34,186 bases of DNA from Macrostomum lignano (Eukaryota). Below the pieces are notes generated by a model. That model was not told the DNA's origin. It was given only the letters and a program-made list of their open reading frames with translations, and did no database searches. Shown piece by piece: positions 22,043 to 34,186 of this stretch; the first letter of the stretch is position 1; every line of letters begins with the position of its first letter. The stretch lies in assembly GCA_002269645.1 (NCBI GenBank), contig NIVC01004823.1, forward strand, positions 1 through 34,186, written 5' to 3'. The translations under genes were made by a program, and so were the position numbers.

Positions 22043-22189
22043 ACGAAGAATGCGTCATGTCAGTGCCGTCGGTGACGCCCCAGACGCTTCAGCAGGCCCA
22101 GAGTGTGTTTCCGTCTTGCATCTGCGGTGCAGTGGTGCCCATTATTCACTTGTTAGACGACTACGAGGTCAACGGTGACGGCATTGCTG
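22043..22189 (+). CDS. unc-80: UNC-80 exon 13
   Basis: CCACAG|AC acceptor; QSVFPSCICGAVVPIIHLLDDYEVNGDGIA matches recalled QAVFPACICAAVLPIVHLMEDGEVREDGVA; donor G|GTACGG. Confidence 0.94.
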
Positions 22190-22421
22190 GTACGGAACTG
22201 TTCAAACTTGTTAAAATTTTTAGGTAGCTCAACGTTAGTGCGGTTGTCATTCCGAATAGAGAACATTATCATGGCATTAGGCAATTATTTCTCTTAAATT
22301 ATTTCTTGAATTATTTCTTAGGCAATTATATCTGTTATACAAGCGTTATATTTTAACGCTTGTATTGTACCTTTAATGAAAATAATAACAAAAACTACGT
22401 CGACAATTTTTTAAACTTTAG

Positions 22422-22522
22422 TGTCTCAAATCGCAAGACAAGTAATCTGGAGCTCTCTGGTCGAAGATCCAAATTTGTTCTTGCGCTACTTCTTGGAAAA
22501 GCTAACTAGAATGCATAAGAAG
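22422..22522 (+). CDS. unc-80: UNC-80 exon 14
   Basis: CTTTAG|TG acceptor; VSQIARQVIWSSLVEDPNLFLRYFLEKLT; donor AAG|GTCAGT. Confidence 0.94.
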
Positions 22523-23949
22523 GTCAGTTATATCTTATCGTGCCTGCTTCATATATATATATATAGTTAGCTTTACTATATTATTTTCTCGCATTGACAC
22601 TCAATGTAAGATTAATATTTCACAGAACTTTATTTACGACGATTCGATCAGATTCTATAGTTTTCATTGTTTGGCAGTTGCAGCAAATTTTCGTTTGTTT
22701 AAGTATCGAATTTCTTTTACGGTTCTAGCTCTTTGGTTTTATCTGTCATCGGCATTATTATTTATTTGAATCATTATCTTTCAAAATAGCTAGATAAAGA
22801 AAAGTATATGTATAAATACGAGCGCATATTATATTTCCGAAACTGTTATAAAGTATTAATTCCCATTTACTTAATGTGACAATCATTTAGAAGGAATTTA
22901 CACTAATGGGACAGGTAAGAATGTACTCCTTTAGAAAACTAGTCGATGTATGCTACGCTATTTAATCGACTATGAAAATTTCACTTTAGTTTTTAGCTAT
23001 CTATGAGCTGAAATCTACGGTTAAAACATCTGTATTAGTAACTTTATTAATCTTCAGTTCTAAAATTTTACACCAACTCGCAGTAATTAATAACTCGTGA
23101 ATATGACATTGTTTCTTGCGCTGTACTGTCCTTACTATTGTACTAATGAAAATATTGTTAATCAGCACCCGAGAAAAACATTTTAAAAGCGAATCACTGA
23201 CACAGAATAATATGATACTTTTAGATCAACCTAAGTCTCACTTTTTAGCCGAATTTAACTTGACAATATAGTATTAGTCTGTCTCTACTTCACTCAAAAT
23301 GCTTACTCGTACATGTATTCCTCAGTTGATTTCCCTTAAAACTACCTTCAGAAATAGTTCACATACTTAAAAATGTTTGTACCGACGAAGTTTTTATATT
23401 CAAAATGTGACATAATATTATTCAACCGATTTTTTTAGATACTACATAGTCATTCGAATTCCAAAGTTGGAAGCTAGCTGCTTGACACTTTCACTATGCA
23501 TAAAGTCCTCTCGCATCCGTCTTTAAAAGTATTATAGGGGGCTCACAAGTGCACGTGATACTTAGTAGCCAACTGATAAAGCTTTGAAATGACCGTTTCA
23601 CACGTGGGTAACGCTGCATGGCAACCCACTTGTAATCTTCTAAAATTTTAGCAACTTGCAGCGCCACTCAGACAACTGCTGCCTCTAACAGAAGAGGTAC
23701 AAATTGAACGAGTGTAAAATTTTTACAGACATGGTTGTCTGTCAAATCTAGTTAAAGTTCGACGGACACCTGTCAAATTCAATTTCCTTCTTCATCTGAA
23801 ACCAAAACTTTATTGAATTTCCATAATAGAACCCCTAAAATACCCGAAGACGCATAGGCTGGTTCTAAGTAAATTAGAAACCAATTTTCTCTTCTTTTCT
23901 CTTGCTACAATAATAAGGCATTGTGGCGTGGCCGCTATTAAGGTATAGC

Positions 23950-24056
23950 TTATGTGCGGTACAGTGTCATTGCTCATGAATTGTACTGCATAATGACTTA
24001 TGAACGGTACTGCACAAGAACTTATGAAAGGTACTGTATAATGACTCATGAGCAGT
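23950..24056. repeat. Degenerate 24-bp tandem repeat, about 4.4 copies
   Basis: Units TTATGTGCGGTACAGTGTCATTGC / TCATGAATTGTACTGCATAATGAC / TTATGAACGGTACTGCACAAGAAC / TTATGAAAGGTACTGTATAATGAC / TCATGAGCAGT. Confidence 0.85.
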
Positions 24057-24638
24057 CTCGCGTCACAAGTGACGTATTGTTCTGATCTACATGTACAAAG
24101 TGACATTCTAACAGAGCTAAAAACGACTCATTGCCATTTAAGCGATCACGCCATCGAAATGCTTTTACTAGAGAATTAGCTTTTCGACTCAGTCGTTTTA
24201 ATGTAGACTGCTTTCCCACTCTTGTAAATATTGGAACGACCTGATTTACTTTTATACAAGAAAACTTGCGAGCTCGCATTATTAACAGAATTCATTGATA
24301 TTTATTGCTGTAATTTTGAGATACCAAAAATGTGTCGCATGCTGTTGAAACATTAAAAAAGACGGAGTCTTTAGCGGAAAACTTCTCCATCCGTATGCTC
24401 GGATTTTTATTACGGCAGTTGGAAATAAATTAACTCCCGTAGAAAAAGCACTGCGTTATTCTTTTCTTCCGAGCTCAAACCAAGAGGCAAACGTTTTAGT
24501 GCAGTATTTTTTTCATCGCCTTGTAGAAATTTTTTATTATTGACCCGTTTAAATGTACTTTAACAAGCAATGCAAGCAAGAACATCCTAATAAAATGAGT
24601 AAGAACTGCTCAGTAGCCACAATGATTGTTTTTTCCAG

Positions 24639-24725
24639 GAGGAATTAATCTTCGTGCTGCGCAAACTGATTGTCCGACTGACTGACCTGCCACCACAGGC
24701 GGCTCACGCAATGTTTAACTATATT
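24639..24725 (+). CDS. unc-80: UNC-80 exon 15
   Basis: TTTTCCAG|GAG acceptor; EELIFVLRKLIVRLTDLPPQAAHAMFNYI; donor ATT|GTGAGT. Confidence 0.94.
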
Positions 24726-24900
24726 GTGAGTTTCTATGATGAGTACCTTCCTTCCAGAAAATATTTCTGTTTATTGATGCTGAGTATTTTTAATCATATA
24801 TAGCTATAGGAGATATTTTAAAGATGAAGTGTGTTGTGTCGCAGAATAGTTTTATATCCTACAAACCTAATGAAATGGAATTTAACGTTACCTTTTTCAG

Positions 24901-25053
24901 CTCGGTTACGTAATGTTCTATGTGCGCACCCCATCGGAAGGCGGACAAGAGGCCATCGCTGGCGCTCTGTCCTTGCTGTGGCACATTGTACCCTTTGTGC
25001 AGGGCATACAGTTCAAGGATTTAAAGCAGACGCTTAGAAAAGAGCAGTGCGAC
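24901..25053 (+). CDS. unc-80: UNC-80 exon 16
   Basis: CTTTTTCAG|CTC acceptor; LGYVMFYVRTPSEGGQEAI...FKDLKQTLRKEQCD; donor GAC|GTAAGT. Confidence 0.95.
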
Positions 25054-25131
25054 GTAAGTCTTTACCATTTGCAGTTCGATATAGTAATGAATTCTATAGT
25101 GCCTTTATATTGACTTGCAAATCCGTTTTAG

Positions 25132-25230
25132 CCAATGCTAATGATTACGGCGAATGTGCCCAGCGCTAAGAAGATCATCGTGAATGGTCCGGACTTATCC
25201 AGCGTGCCGAATTGCTACATAATCCAGGAG
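25132..25230 (+). CDS. unc-80: UNC-80 exon 17
   Basis: GTTTTAG|CCA acceptor; PMLMITANVPSAKKIIVNGPDLSSVPNCYIIQE; donor GAG|GTATCC. Confidence 0.93.
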
Positions 25231-25319
25231 GTATCCAATGCTGAAATTTCTGAGCACTTTTCTAACTGAAATTTAAATATACTTTAGATACTACTATTTT
25301 GCTTTACATTGAACTTTAG

Positions 25320-25413
25320 GACACCAGATTTCAAGACATTCTCAAAGACAGCTTGGAGTTCTTCCGCATCGAGGAGGACCAAGAATCTTACTTCCTGTGC
25401 GACACAAAGTCGC
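25320..25413 (+). CDS. unc-80: UNC-80 exon 18
   Basis: CTTTAG|GAC acceptor; DTRFQDILKDSLEFFRIEEDQESYFLCDTKS; donor C|GTAAGT, phase 1. Confidence 0.94.
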
Positions 25414-28400
25414 GTAAGTGTTTAAGATTTTTTTAATAATCAAATGCATGAACTTCCTTACACCGTGCTTTATAAAGTAAATTTACGTGTATTTTGTCTT
25501 ACGTTTTATCTCGAAATGAATGCTAATGTGGGTTTTCCTCACTACTAACGTTCCTCTCGAAAGTAGTTTTAAATATTATTAATAGCGGTTTCTCACTAGT
25601 CTAAATTATTTTTTTATTATAATAGCTTAGATGAAGAAGGTTCTAAGTACGTGGGGTGTTGGAAAAGTTTCAGATTCTAAGTAGCTCGTACGTGACGCTG
25701 TAGCCTCAGCCATATGAGTATTAGAAGACTGGCAATCGGAACTTCGGTTTTTTTTAATATTTACGTATTTTTTTATTCGAATTGATTCTTCATAGTAGAA
25801 AGTTTACTATTAAGTCTATTTTACCTTATTGGGTTCATTTCTCCATGTTATCGGATACTGATCTAGATATAGCCACTCTTAGACGTTTTTTTCTAATGCT
25901 CTAAAGTACCTAAAAGTTACCTTATTATCAGCTATAACTTTCTATACCTTCACCCTAACAACTAAATCAATTTTCTAACTCTTGACTATATACACAATTT
26001 AAGTACTATAAAGCTATGTCCTATGATAGTAACGCTTTAATAGCAAAGAGTTTGCTATTTCCCATATTAATAAGTTTATACTCATATGATCTAAAACAAT
26101 ATAAATCACAAATAAAGCCGATTTTTAGCAGGGAAGAATTGTAACTAGTAGCGAATATAAAACTATACAACCCAGATGCAATACTAACGCCTTAACAAAA
26201 GCTTGAAGTTTCGCATAATATTACTACCGGTATTCTGCCTACATACACCAAAGGGTTTTAAAATAAGTTTTTTATATACTCATTTAAAAAACATTGGTTA
26301 TAATGTGCATTGTTCTAAAACCTTCGATAAATACTATTTCCTAGAGATTGTTAACTCACAACACTTCTTCCCATTTAAATCATTGCCTCTTAACCTGCAG
26401 CATCTGATACAAATAATTCAGTGTTTGTTATCTGCAGTGAGTTACCTAAATTTGAATTAGACTGCTACGAATAGGGCCATTATAGTATTATCACAAAAGA
26501 CGACTAGTTCAAAATAAGTTCTTATTGTCAAAGATGCACGATAATACAACGCCCAATCCCGGTAGCACATTGATTGCTTGTATTTAAAAAGCCGTCTATT
26601 ATTTTTTTGTGCGCAGACTTTTACCTTTTCTGTCCGCTAAATGATAGCTGCTTAGTGTTGCAGCACTGTATTTAAAAAATAACTAGTTTTAGAAGCGTGC
26701 GATTGGCCAATCTTTACTGCTTATATTATTAGGTACGAGTAGTATCTCAGATTTTCTGATAGTTCTGTCGCTTTATAGAGGGAATGCCGAGGCCCATGTT
26801 GTGTTCTATAGTGGGCGACTTTGGCGGCCGGGTCCCCCAGCCTAAAGACGTTCCCTGTTGCAATCTCTAGTTAATTTATTAGATTTGGAGCCACTGAAGT
26901 TTGCAATAAGTATAGTGTAATGATAATTTTTCGGTCAAACTGAATTTCGGCGCTGTCGTTCCTGTTGATTTCTTGCACAAACAATACACCAGTGACCGTA
27001 AAACCTACTTCTTGCAAAAATCATACTTGCATTAAAAAAGTACCCGAAAGGGGTTTAGTAGCACAAAATGTTTTAGTGTGTTTTCTGTCATTGAAATGAC
27101 CATCCACATAGTATGATGCACAAATAGTTCAAATACTGTTTAAGTTTTAAAACGCACCGCTGCTGCTTAAAAAGCACGACTAATATGAAAGTTTGGAATG
27201 AAACACAGTCCCTTGCCACCATTATTCATAACAAGCTTGTTATTCTGCAATCGAATTGCTACCTAATGAGTTACATTACAACACGACAATACGCCCTTTG
27301 CACTGATACGTCTTTGTTAATAATGCTTCAATAGATTTAGCCCTGAACAATCTGCGGTGGTGCTCAAATGATTCAATTAAGTGACAATAAGTCTCGAGAA
27401 AGTACTACCTTAATTACTTCACTTACTAATGCTTACAATTTAATTAAAATATGTTCATTACTTTTCGCTTTTATTATTTTTCTGCACTAACCAAAACTCG
27501 AGGCTTATCTATGCACTTTTCTTCTTTCTCGCGTTCTCTTATACCATCGGCAAGTTCGGAAGAAAAATGGATTTTGTAAGTAACCATTCTAAACTCCACT
27601 TTCAGCTGAGTCCCATCGACAGAATTGTTTCTATATTGAAATTTTTTATTATCAAGTGCGATTATTTTGCATTTTAAGTTCAAAATGGACTGCTAAAGCA
27701 TTGAAATATTATTTTTTGTTTTTAATAAAGTTTATGTGCGTTTTGGCTCTTTTGACCCTATCAACAGCAGTGTTTTGGGCTTGTTTGCATAATTTATTTT
27801 GTGTATTGCGACACTTAGATTGAACTGCACATTTCTTACACCGAGGTTTGAATATAGATTGGCTTAATCAAAAATGCAAGCATCATCGCCAGAAGCTTTG
27901 CGGTTACAGTTGGAGCAGAATTATTTCTGCGTGTTGCAATCATTTATTGCTTTGTGTGCACTATAACTTAAAAAAACCATCGATGAAGAAAATTAAAATT
28001 GAATTTAAGATAAAGCAATCAAGCACTCGGTGTACTGGTTGATGATTGCGCATAGAATTCTAGATTTTATTACGAAGATATATCAGCAAGCCTAGCTCTT
28101 AGAAGATCAAACAAAAGCTACTGGAAATATCAGGCATTCGGATGGTGTAGCCTTGATTACTGAGGCCAGTTACATTGTAAAGTTTACTTAGTTTATATTA
28201 AAGTTTGCCATGTCGGTCAATCATGTAGTAAAAAAATTCTCTACAACTCTTAAAAAATCTAGAGTTTAATGCAAAATTTCTGGTAACGGGTTTAAATTTT
28301 TGCTGTTTTGCTTCAGCTGCAGCTCTTTACCACTTGCTTTAAAATAATTTTCAGTCTGCGTGGCTTTAACTTGCACAAATATTTGTAGCTGATCATTGAT

Positions 28401-28993
28401 AACTGGTGCTTTTTATCTGATTCACTGCACCTGTATTATCGATCACAAAATGCTTAGAATATAATCCGCCTCAGATTTGGGACAAGCATTAGTTGCAATT
28501 TCCCCTAAAATATGATTACCAGCATGCATTCGCATAAATAGCAGTTATAATTGGTAAACATTTATAATATGGTATTCTATAGTGGTTTTATAGTGCAACT
28601 TTTCGATAATATTGATAGCTGGTGACTAACAAGAACGTTATGATTTATACCAAACAAGCTAGTGCTTATCATAATTTATATTTCTTTCTAGCAGTTTCTA
28701 TCCTGTTTACCATTTTTAACGATTAGAATCCTAGACGCATAAGATTAGGTGCGTTTTTCAGATCGATCTGTTCTGTTGATTAGAAGGAACGAACGATTGC
28801 TCTTTCGGGAGGATTTGAATCATAGCTGCTGGCTATTGCGTTTTATGTGGCAAATTCATTACGGGCTTATTATGAATCTTTACAGTAGCCAATTTCAGCA
28901 CTGATAATAGTACTCGCTAGTATAAGTGATCCGTTGAATCAATGAAACGGTGATACACAGATTCATTTCATATGCCAACGCATAAAATTTTAG

Positions 28994-31867
28994 ATCTGAT
29001 GCACAACCTCATGTACTACGTTCGCGACTTTTACTTCTTCAAGAGGAATCACATACCGCATCTGAGCCTGGTGAAGCGGGACCCAGAGGAAGCTTATGAT
29101 CAGTTGCAGAAACACGCGTTCACTCTAAAGTTTGTCGAAATCGGAAAGATATTGCTTACCTACTCGGTACTGCGACACACCTCGCCTGCGCAAACAGCCA
29201 GTCATGCCTACTTCCTGCACGAGGAGCTGTCCAAACTGCCATCATTTCCTAGAAAGGCTCTAGAAACTGAGTTCTCACTTTACAACGGCAAGACTGGTAG
29301 GGAGCTGCAGGGCCTAGATCTGATTCATAAGCTCTCCTGGAGCAAGCTAGTTGGCCTAATCTTCTCCAAGATGAATCCTACATTTCCTTGGGGTTCCGAT
29401 ATTGGCTTATTCCTCAATGTCATCAATGGAACATTCATTCTGCATAATGAAGACGCTTCAATCTTGCGTTACTGTCTGGCAACTTACATAAACTGTTGCA
29501 TGCACTTCAAGACAATTTTTGCCACAAGTGGATATGTGTGGATCATACCAACCATTCTGCGAGTCTACAATCTGAGCCAGAAGAACAGCCTGGTGACGCA
29601 TGCCATCGAGTGCGCCTGCAAGCAGTTCTTCATCCTACATCGGACGCCATTCATCCTGCAGCTATTTGGTAGCATAGCCAGCAGCCTTGACCTCGATGCC
29701 AAGGAGTCAAGTCCGACAGAGTTTTACAAAATTAAACCGTCAAGCCTGTATCGACTCCTATGGTCCATTACGGAGGACACGCAGACGGACGCGCTCGATA
29801 TTCTGTCAATGGTTCAAGCACCAAAACCGTTGAAGCCGGTTGATTTTTGCTACTCGGATGATCCAAATAATTGGAACGTTCTCGAGGCCGTCAGCCTCTG
29901 TGTTACCGTCGTCTCTTATGCGCCAGAATCCACTCGCGCCAAACAGATGATCTGCATCCTGCAAGCCACATTTCCATTCATCTTGCGCGATCTCAAGAAA
30001 ATTGCCAAGCAGGCCGAAGACAGTGGCCAGCGTGATGAAGGTAGCAAAGCAAAAGGCGGCAGCGAGCTTGGCATGCTGATGCAGCTGAGCACTGCTGTTC
30101 GACAGTTGCTGTGCAACACCGATTTGTTGGCAAAGAATGCTCGCGGCTTCGAGGGCCCAGTGGAAAAAACATCGGCAATTCGAACTTCTAGCCAGGCACC
30201 AGTTTCCGTTGTGATGGAAGACCGCGACGAGTCACCGTTTAAACGAATGGAAGAAGGTCGTTGCGGGGTGCCTAATCGCGAGAGCGGTACTGCTGGTTAT
30301 CCTCGTGGAGATGACGACCGTGAGAGGCTAGATTATATTACGCAGCGGGAAGCCTACCTCAGCCTTACAACCGAATATTTTCTTACTGGTGTGAATCTAC
30401 TAGCTGATCAATTTAAAGGTCAAGAGAGAATCTCAGATTTGCTAGATGCAAAGTCCATCGTACGCGTGGTCGATGTTGCAATGAATCTGCTAAAGCTGGT
30501 ACCCTGCGATCCGCACTATCGGACCGAGCAACGGCCTCTGATCATTTTTATCTGCAAAGTGCTGCCTCGAATTGAATGGCAACAGGAGGCTTTAAGAGTG
30601 ACACTTGTTTCCGTACTTCGTCGTTTTGATAAGCTTTACCGTGAGATCGAAAAGAAGATGGCACATTCAAATCGACGCATGTTCAACTGGGACTGTCTAG
30701 CTTGCCTGTTGGACTCTGTCTCCGACTGCCTAATGAGACATCGAGCAGTTTTGGCGCCCGTCAATCACCTGAAGACGCTCACTAATATTTGTATTCGCAT
30801 CATCCTATACGACAACGCTTCGATGCGCGATAGCAGCTCCTCGCTAGGTCTACCAGGCAGTTCGCCGACTCACAATCGTGACGTGTTTATCAGCACTGGA
30901 GTGCCAAGTCGCTTCTCTAAGTCGGTCATCAAGTTGGTAAGCCTACTGATGAATAGTACCGACAGTGGTACCGTGTGCTCCTTAGAGACTTTGTGCCACA
31001 CCGATGCACTCTTCTCAATGGATAAAACGGCTGTTATGCTTGGCCAGTTTGTGCTTCCTTTGCTGCTTCGTTGCGCCCTACAACCCGAGGGTCCGGCGCT
31101 GAGTCCAGCGAATCAGCGTTTTGCTCTATCTCTAATTTTAAATGCGCTCAATCCGCGCAGCGTCAAACAACAGCAACAACAGCAGCAAGCGGCGCAGATC
31201 AGCCCTGCTGCGGCTGCAGCTGGCTCAATCGTAGGCGGAGGTGGCGGCGGCTCTTCCACTAAGCATCTGGGCGTGTCTGAGCGAGCCAGCCTGACACTGA
31301 GTGATCGCTCTTTCCGCGCCTCATTGTACTCAAGCGACGTTGTCCAACGCTTGGCCCTGATCGGCTTAAAAGTGATGCTAGTAGCTTATTCCAGACTCAT
31401 CCAGCTTGACTGTCATCGTGTAGCGAAAACCATCACCGAGATACCATATGGCGCTCACCTATGGAAATTCGTCGACTTTCTAGTAACTAACCGTCCGCCG
31501 ATCTACCCGCACCTATTGCCGTACATCAAGTTTCGCATGATGCAGACCCGGTGCGAGAGCCAAGCGGAACACGCGCTCCAGGCGTTGGTAGGCCAACGGC
31601 TGGCCGGTGCTGGGGTGCCTCCGAAGCGCTGCGTTTATCACGTGCTTCAGGATTTGGCCGCGGAACTACGAGCAGCCAAAGAGGAATCAGAGCCAGTCCG
31701 ATTGCGAACGGCGTCAAACGCTTCGTCGATGCGACCAACAGGAGCTTCGTTCCGACGAGAGACGTCACTGAAGAGGAATCCCAGTCAACGAATTAGCGCC
31801 AAAGATGGAAGCCGATGTCTGCAGAAGTACGCTAGCACTCAGAATCCTAATCAACAGGGTCTGCCAG
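28994..31867 (+). CDS. unc-80: UNC-80 exon 19 (2,874 nt; C-terminal helical region)
   Basis: AATTTTAG|AT acceptor joins to give CDTKSHLMHNLMYYVRDFYFFKR. Continuous ORF with LPSFPRKALETEFSL, FPWGSDIGLFLNVING, HRTPFILQLF, CVTVVSYAPES, LWKFVDFLV; donor CAG|GTGAGA. The ATG at 28972 in the ORF track is not a true start. Confidence 0.95.
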
Positions 31868-34186
31868 GTGAGAATCTAATTAGTATTTGTCCTTTTACTT
31901 TGTTGGCTTGAGTATCTTCTTTGCTTGTGCCACTATCTGGCTTCATTAAATGGCTTCGGTGATACTCGTACTCTATAAAGGGCAAAGCACAACAAAGTGT
32001 ATCTTATTTTTGTTGTAATAACTGGTCTGATATTCATTAACCTCTTTCGCGCTTTTCTACAAGCAAAGCTATAGCTCGTATATTGAACGGATAAAACGTC
32101 CAAATCTTTTTAAGAATACAAATCTGCTAGCTTACTAATGATTAACAAATTTTTACGACAAAATCGCTTTTAGCAACAGAATCATTTTATGGATCGATAC
32201 AAATTGGTAAAGTGTTGCAAGCGTTTTTTAAATAGATTATATGTATCTACAGTGTGCAAAGCAAAAAGTGAATAGAACTTCTACAGGCACAATAGAAATT
32301 GACAATTATTTCTTCTGTAGCACTAAAACTAAATTAACTCCTACATGATTACTGCACTGCCATATCATCAGTATTAGTTGGTTATATATTGTGGCAGAAT
32401 ACACTTGTCAATTCTCCCAAAAATTATGCTTACAATTGCGATGTGAAGCATTACGCAAGTGTCTTTAGAAGGGTAAATATATCTTTGAAATCGTTCGCAG
32501 CATTGTGGTTTTAAAGTATTTCCTAATATTAAATGCCAGATATAAAAACCAATCCGTCTCTATCTTACTCTATCCGTGAGAACATTTTCCAAACGCACAA
32601 TTCCAGCAATTATCATTGGTATGCTACTGAAATTGGTCACATATTAAGCCAGAAAAGTACTATTATTAAGCCCCAAAGCGCAATTTTGATGTCATATCTG
32701 TGTCAATTTTTGTTCATTGAGTTCTCTTTCTATTCACGTTTGACGCGCAAACGTAGCCAATGTGCCGTAACCGTCTTCATTATTTACGTGAAGTGTAACC
32801 TTATAACGCATTGTGACAATTTTAAATTATATAAAAAATTAATGTCCATTATGTTTGACGTCCACCCCAATTATAGCTGTTAATAATGATACAATTAAAA
32901 AGAGAAGTTTGATGTCGAATGAATTCATTAGAAACGGAGGCCAAGTGTAGCTTGAAGTAAAATTAAACGTTTTTCACTGGAGCATCTTATAGCTACTGCC
33001 ATACTCTATCTGAAATTTAACTCAAACACATTGAGTTATTAAGCGTGATTAGGAATGTAAAGAGCAGGTTTCTGTTCAGTTTGTACGAGCGTAGTAAGCC
33101 ATCAGTTTAAATATCAAATGGACTAATGTGCTACTATAAAATTATGTAAAGCCTATCAATTTTCCTTTTGAAAGTGCTTTAGTAATTTTAACTGCACAGA
33201 GTCAAAAGTATTTTTATTTTGTGGCATTCCCTCCGTTCTGAATACAAATCCCATTTCGAACCCGGTTAATCGCTAGAGACGCGCCGGGGTGCCTTAAAGC
33301 TGAAGGATCGACATCAGAGACCCACACGACCAGTTGCTGTAAATTTCCATTCAATTTCTTTAATAAAAAACTAAAACTGCCTGCCGTTTAAATGTCACTA
33401 TAGAAATTGAACTTGCTGTGCGTTACGTAACACGCAAAACTAACACGAGAGAAAAATATCATGAGGTCGTTTGTCTGCTCCACTAAATAGAATTGGTAGT
33501 CTGAATGACGAACTTGGTTTTGTTTTATCCTTACTAAGTGAGTCTCGAAATTCGTTTTGAATTCATTCAAAATCGTTCAGTTTGTTTCAGCATGAAGACT
33601 TGGCATGAAGATTTGGAATATTTGACCTTTTTGCTTTGTTTAAAAAACTACGTTTTTTCTGGCGTTTGTTTAACTACTCTGATGTGAGAACTTTAACAAA
33701 AACTAATTTTGCCTGCCAGCGCATGTGGAACTGAATCTTTAATCCGTTTCCGCTTTTGTAAATTGGTTTTTCTGTTTCATTTTCGCAACAAATTCGAATT
33801 TCAGTATTCTGGCTTCACGCACTGAGAACTGGTAATTTAATTTCTTCGTAGAAATCTACGCTCGTATTGACTAATTTAAGCGGAAAAATTTGCCAGTTAA
33901 TTGAACCTGCGAGTCTAGCCAGCTAATATAAGTTTAGATTTTTTCTCTAATTTTATTGCCTCACCGCTTCCCGATACACGACTCATGCTTTTCACCCAAG
34001 TTTTATCATAACTTTTTAATTCTTTCTATAAAATTTCCTCTGAAAGGTAGTTGAAAACTAACTTACCAGTATTTTTGAAACTATTAACAGTTAATGAGTA
34101 TATATGTCCTAGTAATTTGAGTAATTTTAATATTTTTATTCGTCAGAGATTAGGGGTTTTCTCACATATTCGTTTTTACTGAAGTT

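Larger units (their letters stand above)
24..31867 (+). other. unc-80: unc-80 gene model (partial at both ends), NALCN channel complex subunit
   Basis: Exons 24-428, 687-1193, 1690-2347, 3213-3476, 4071-4397, 8527-8883, 12007-12183, 13343-13474, 14123-14415, 14734-15157, 15401-15621, 16069-16438, 22043-22189, 22422-22522, 24639-24725, 24901-25053, 25132-25230, 25320-25413, 28994-31867 join in frame at GT-AG sites, apart from one frameshift near 337. Conserved blocks occur in the order recalled for animal UNC80: LYSDVRNLL, VVARACVLLECANFV, CPHALK, CHPNCF, AWELLLE, FVLPSPPLG, VFPSCIC, YVRDFYFFKR, HRTPFILQLF, LWKFVDFLV. Confidence 0.95.

Noticed and set aside
25231-25319. U12-type intron (donor begins GTATCC)
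   Set aside because: The donor continues AATG rather than TT/TTT, and there is no TCCTTAAC branch site (only TTTTCTAAC). It is best treated as U2; a converted U12 cannot be shown from this sequence.
32533-32883. Standalone 116-aa ORF (and similar intronic ORFs at 6610, 7295, 13012, 26203, 27848)
   Set aside because: AT-rich, intron-like composition with no recognisable domain; consistent with chance.

Overview
Eukaryotic (invertebrate animal) genomic DNA: AT-rich introns with GC-richer exons. One large plus-strand gene fills the window, an unc-80 orthologue (scaffold subunit of the NALCN/UNC79/UNC80 sodium-leak channel complex). I reconstructed 19 exons with GT-AG boundaries and consistent phases (about 7.7 kb CDS, about 2,560 aa); both gene ends lie outside the window. 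Identity rests on motifs I recall from animal UNC80 proteins and should be confirmed by BLASTP. Points of note: a 1-nt frameshift in a conserved part of the first exon (probably an assembly error); a run of symmetric phase-1 exons encoding disordered linkers; two extra candidate cassette exons; a single 2.87-kb 3' exon; a 25-unit intronic minisatellite with higher-order structure; and a DNA-transposon cluster in intron 5. There are no prokaryotic features or CRISPR arrays, and I found no convincing novel multi-gene system.
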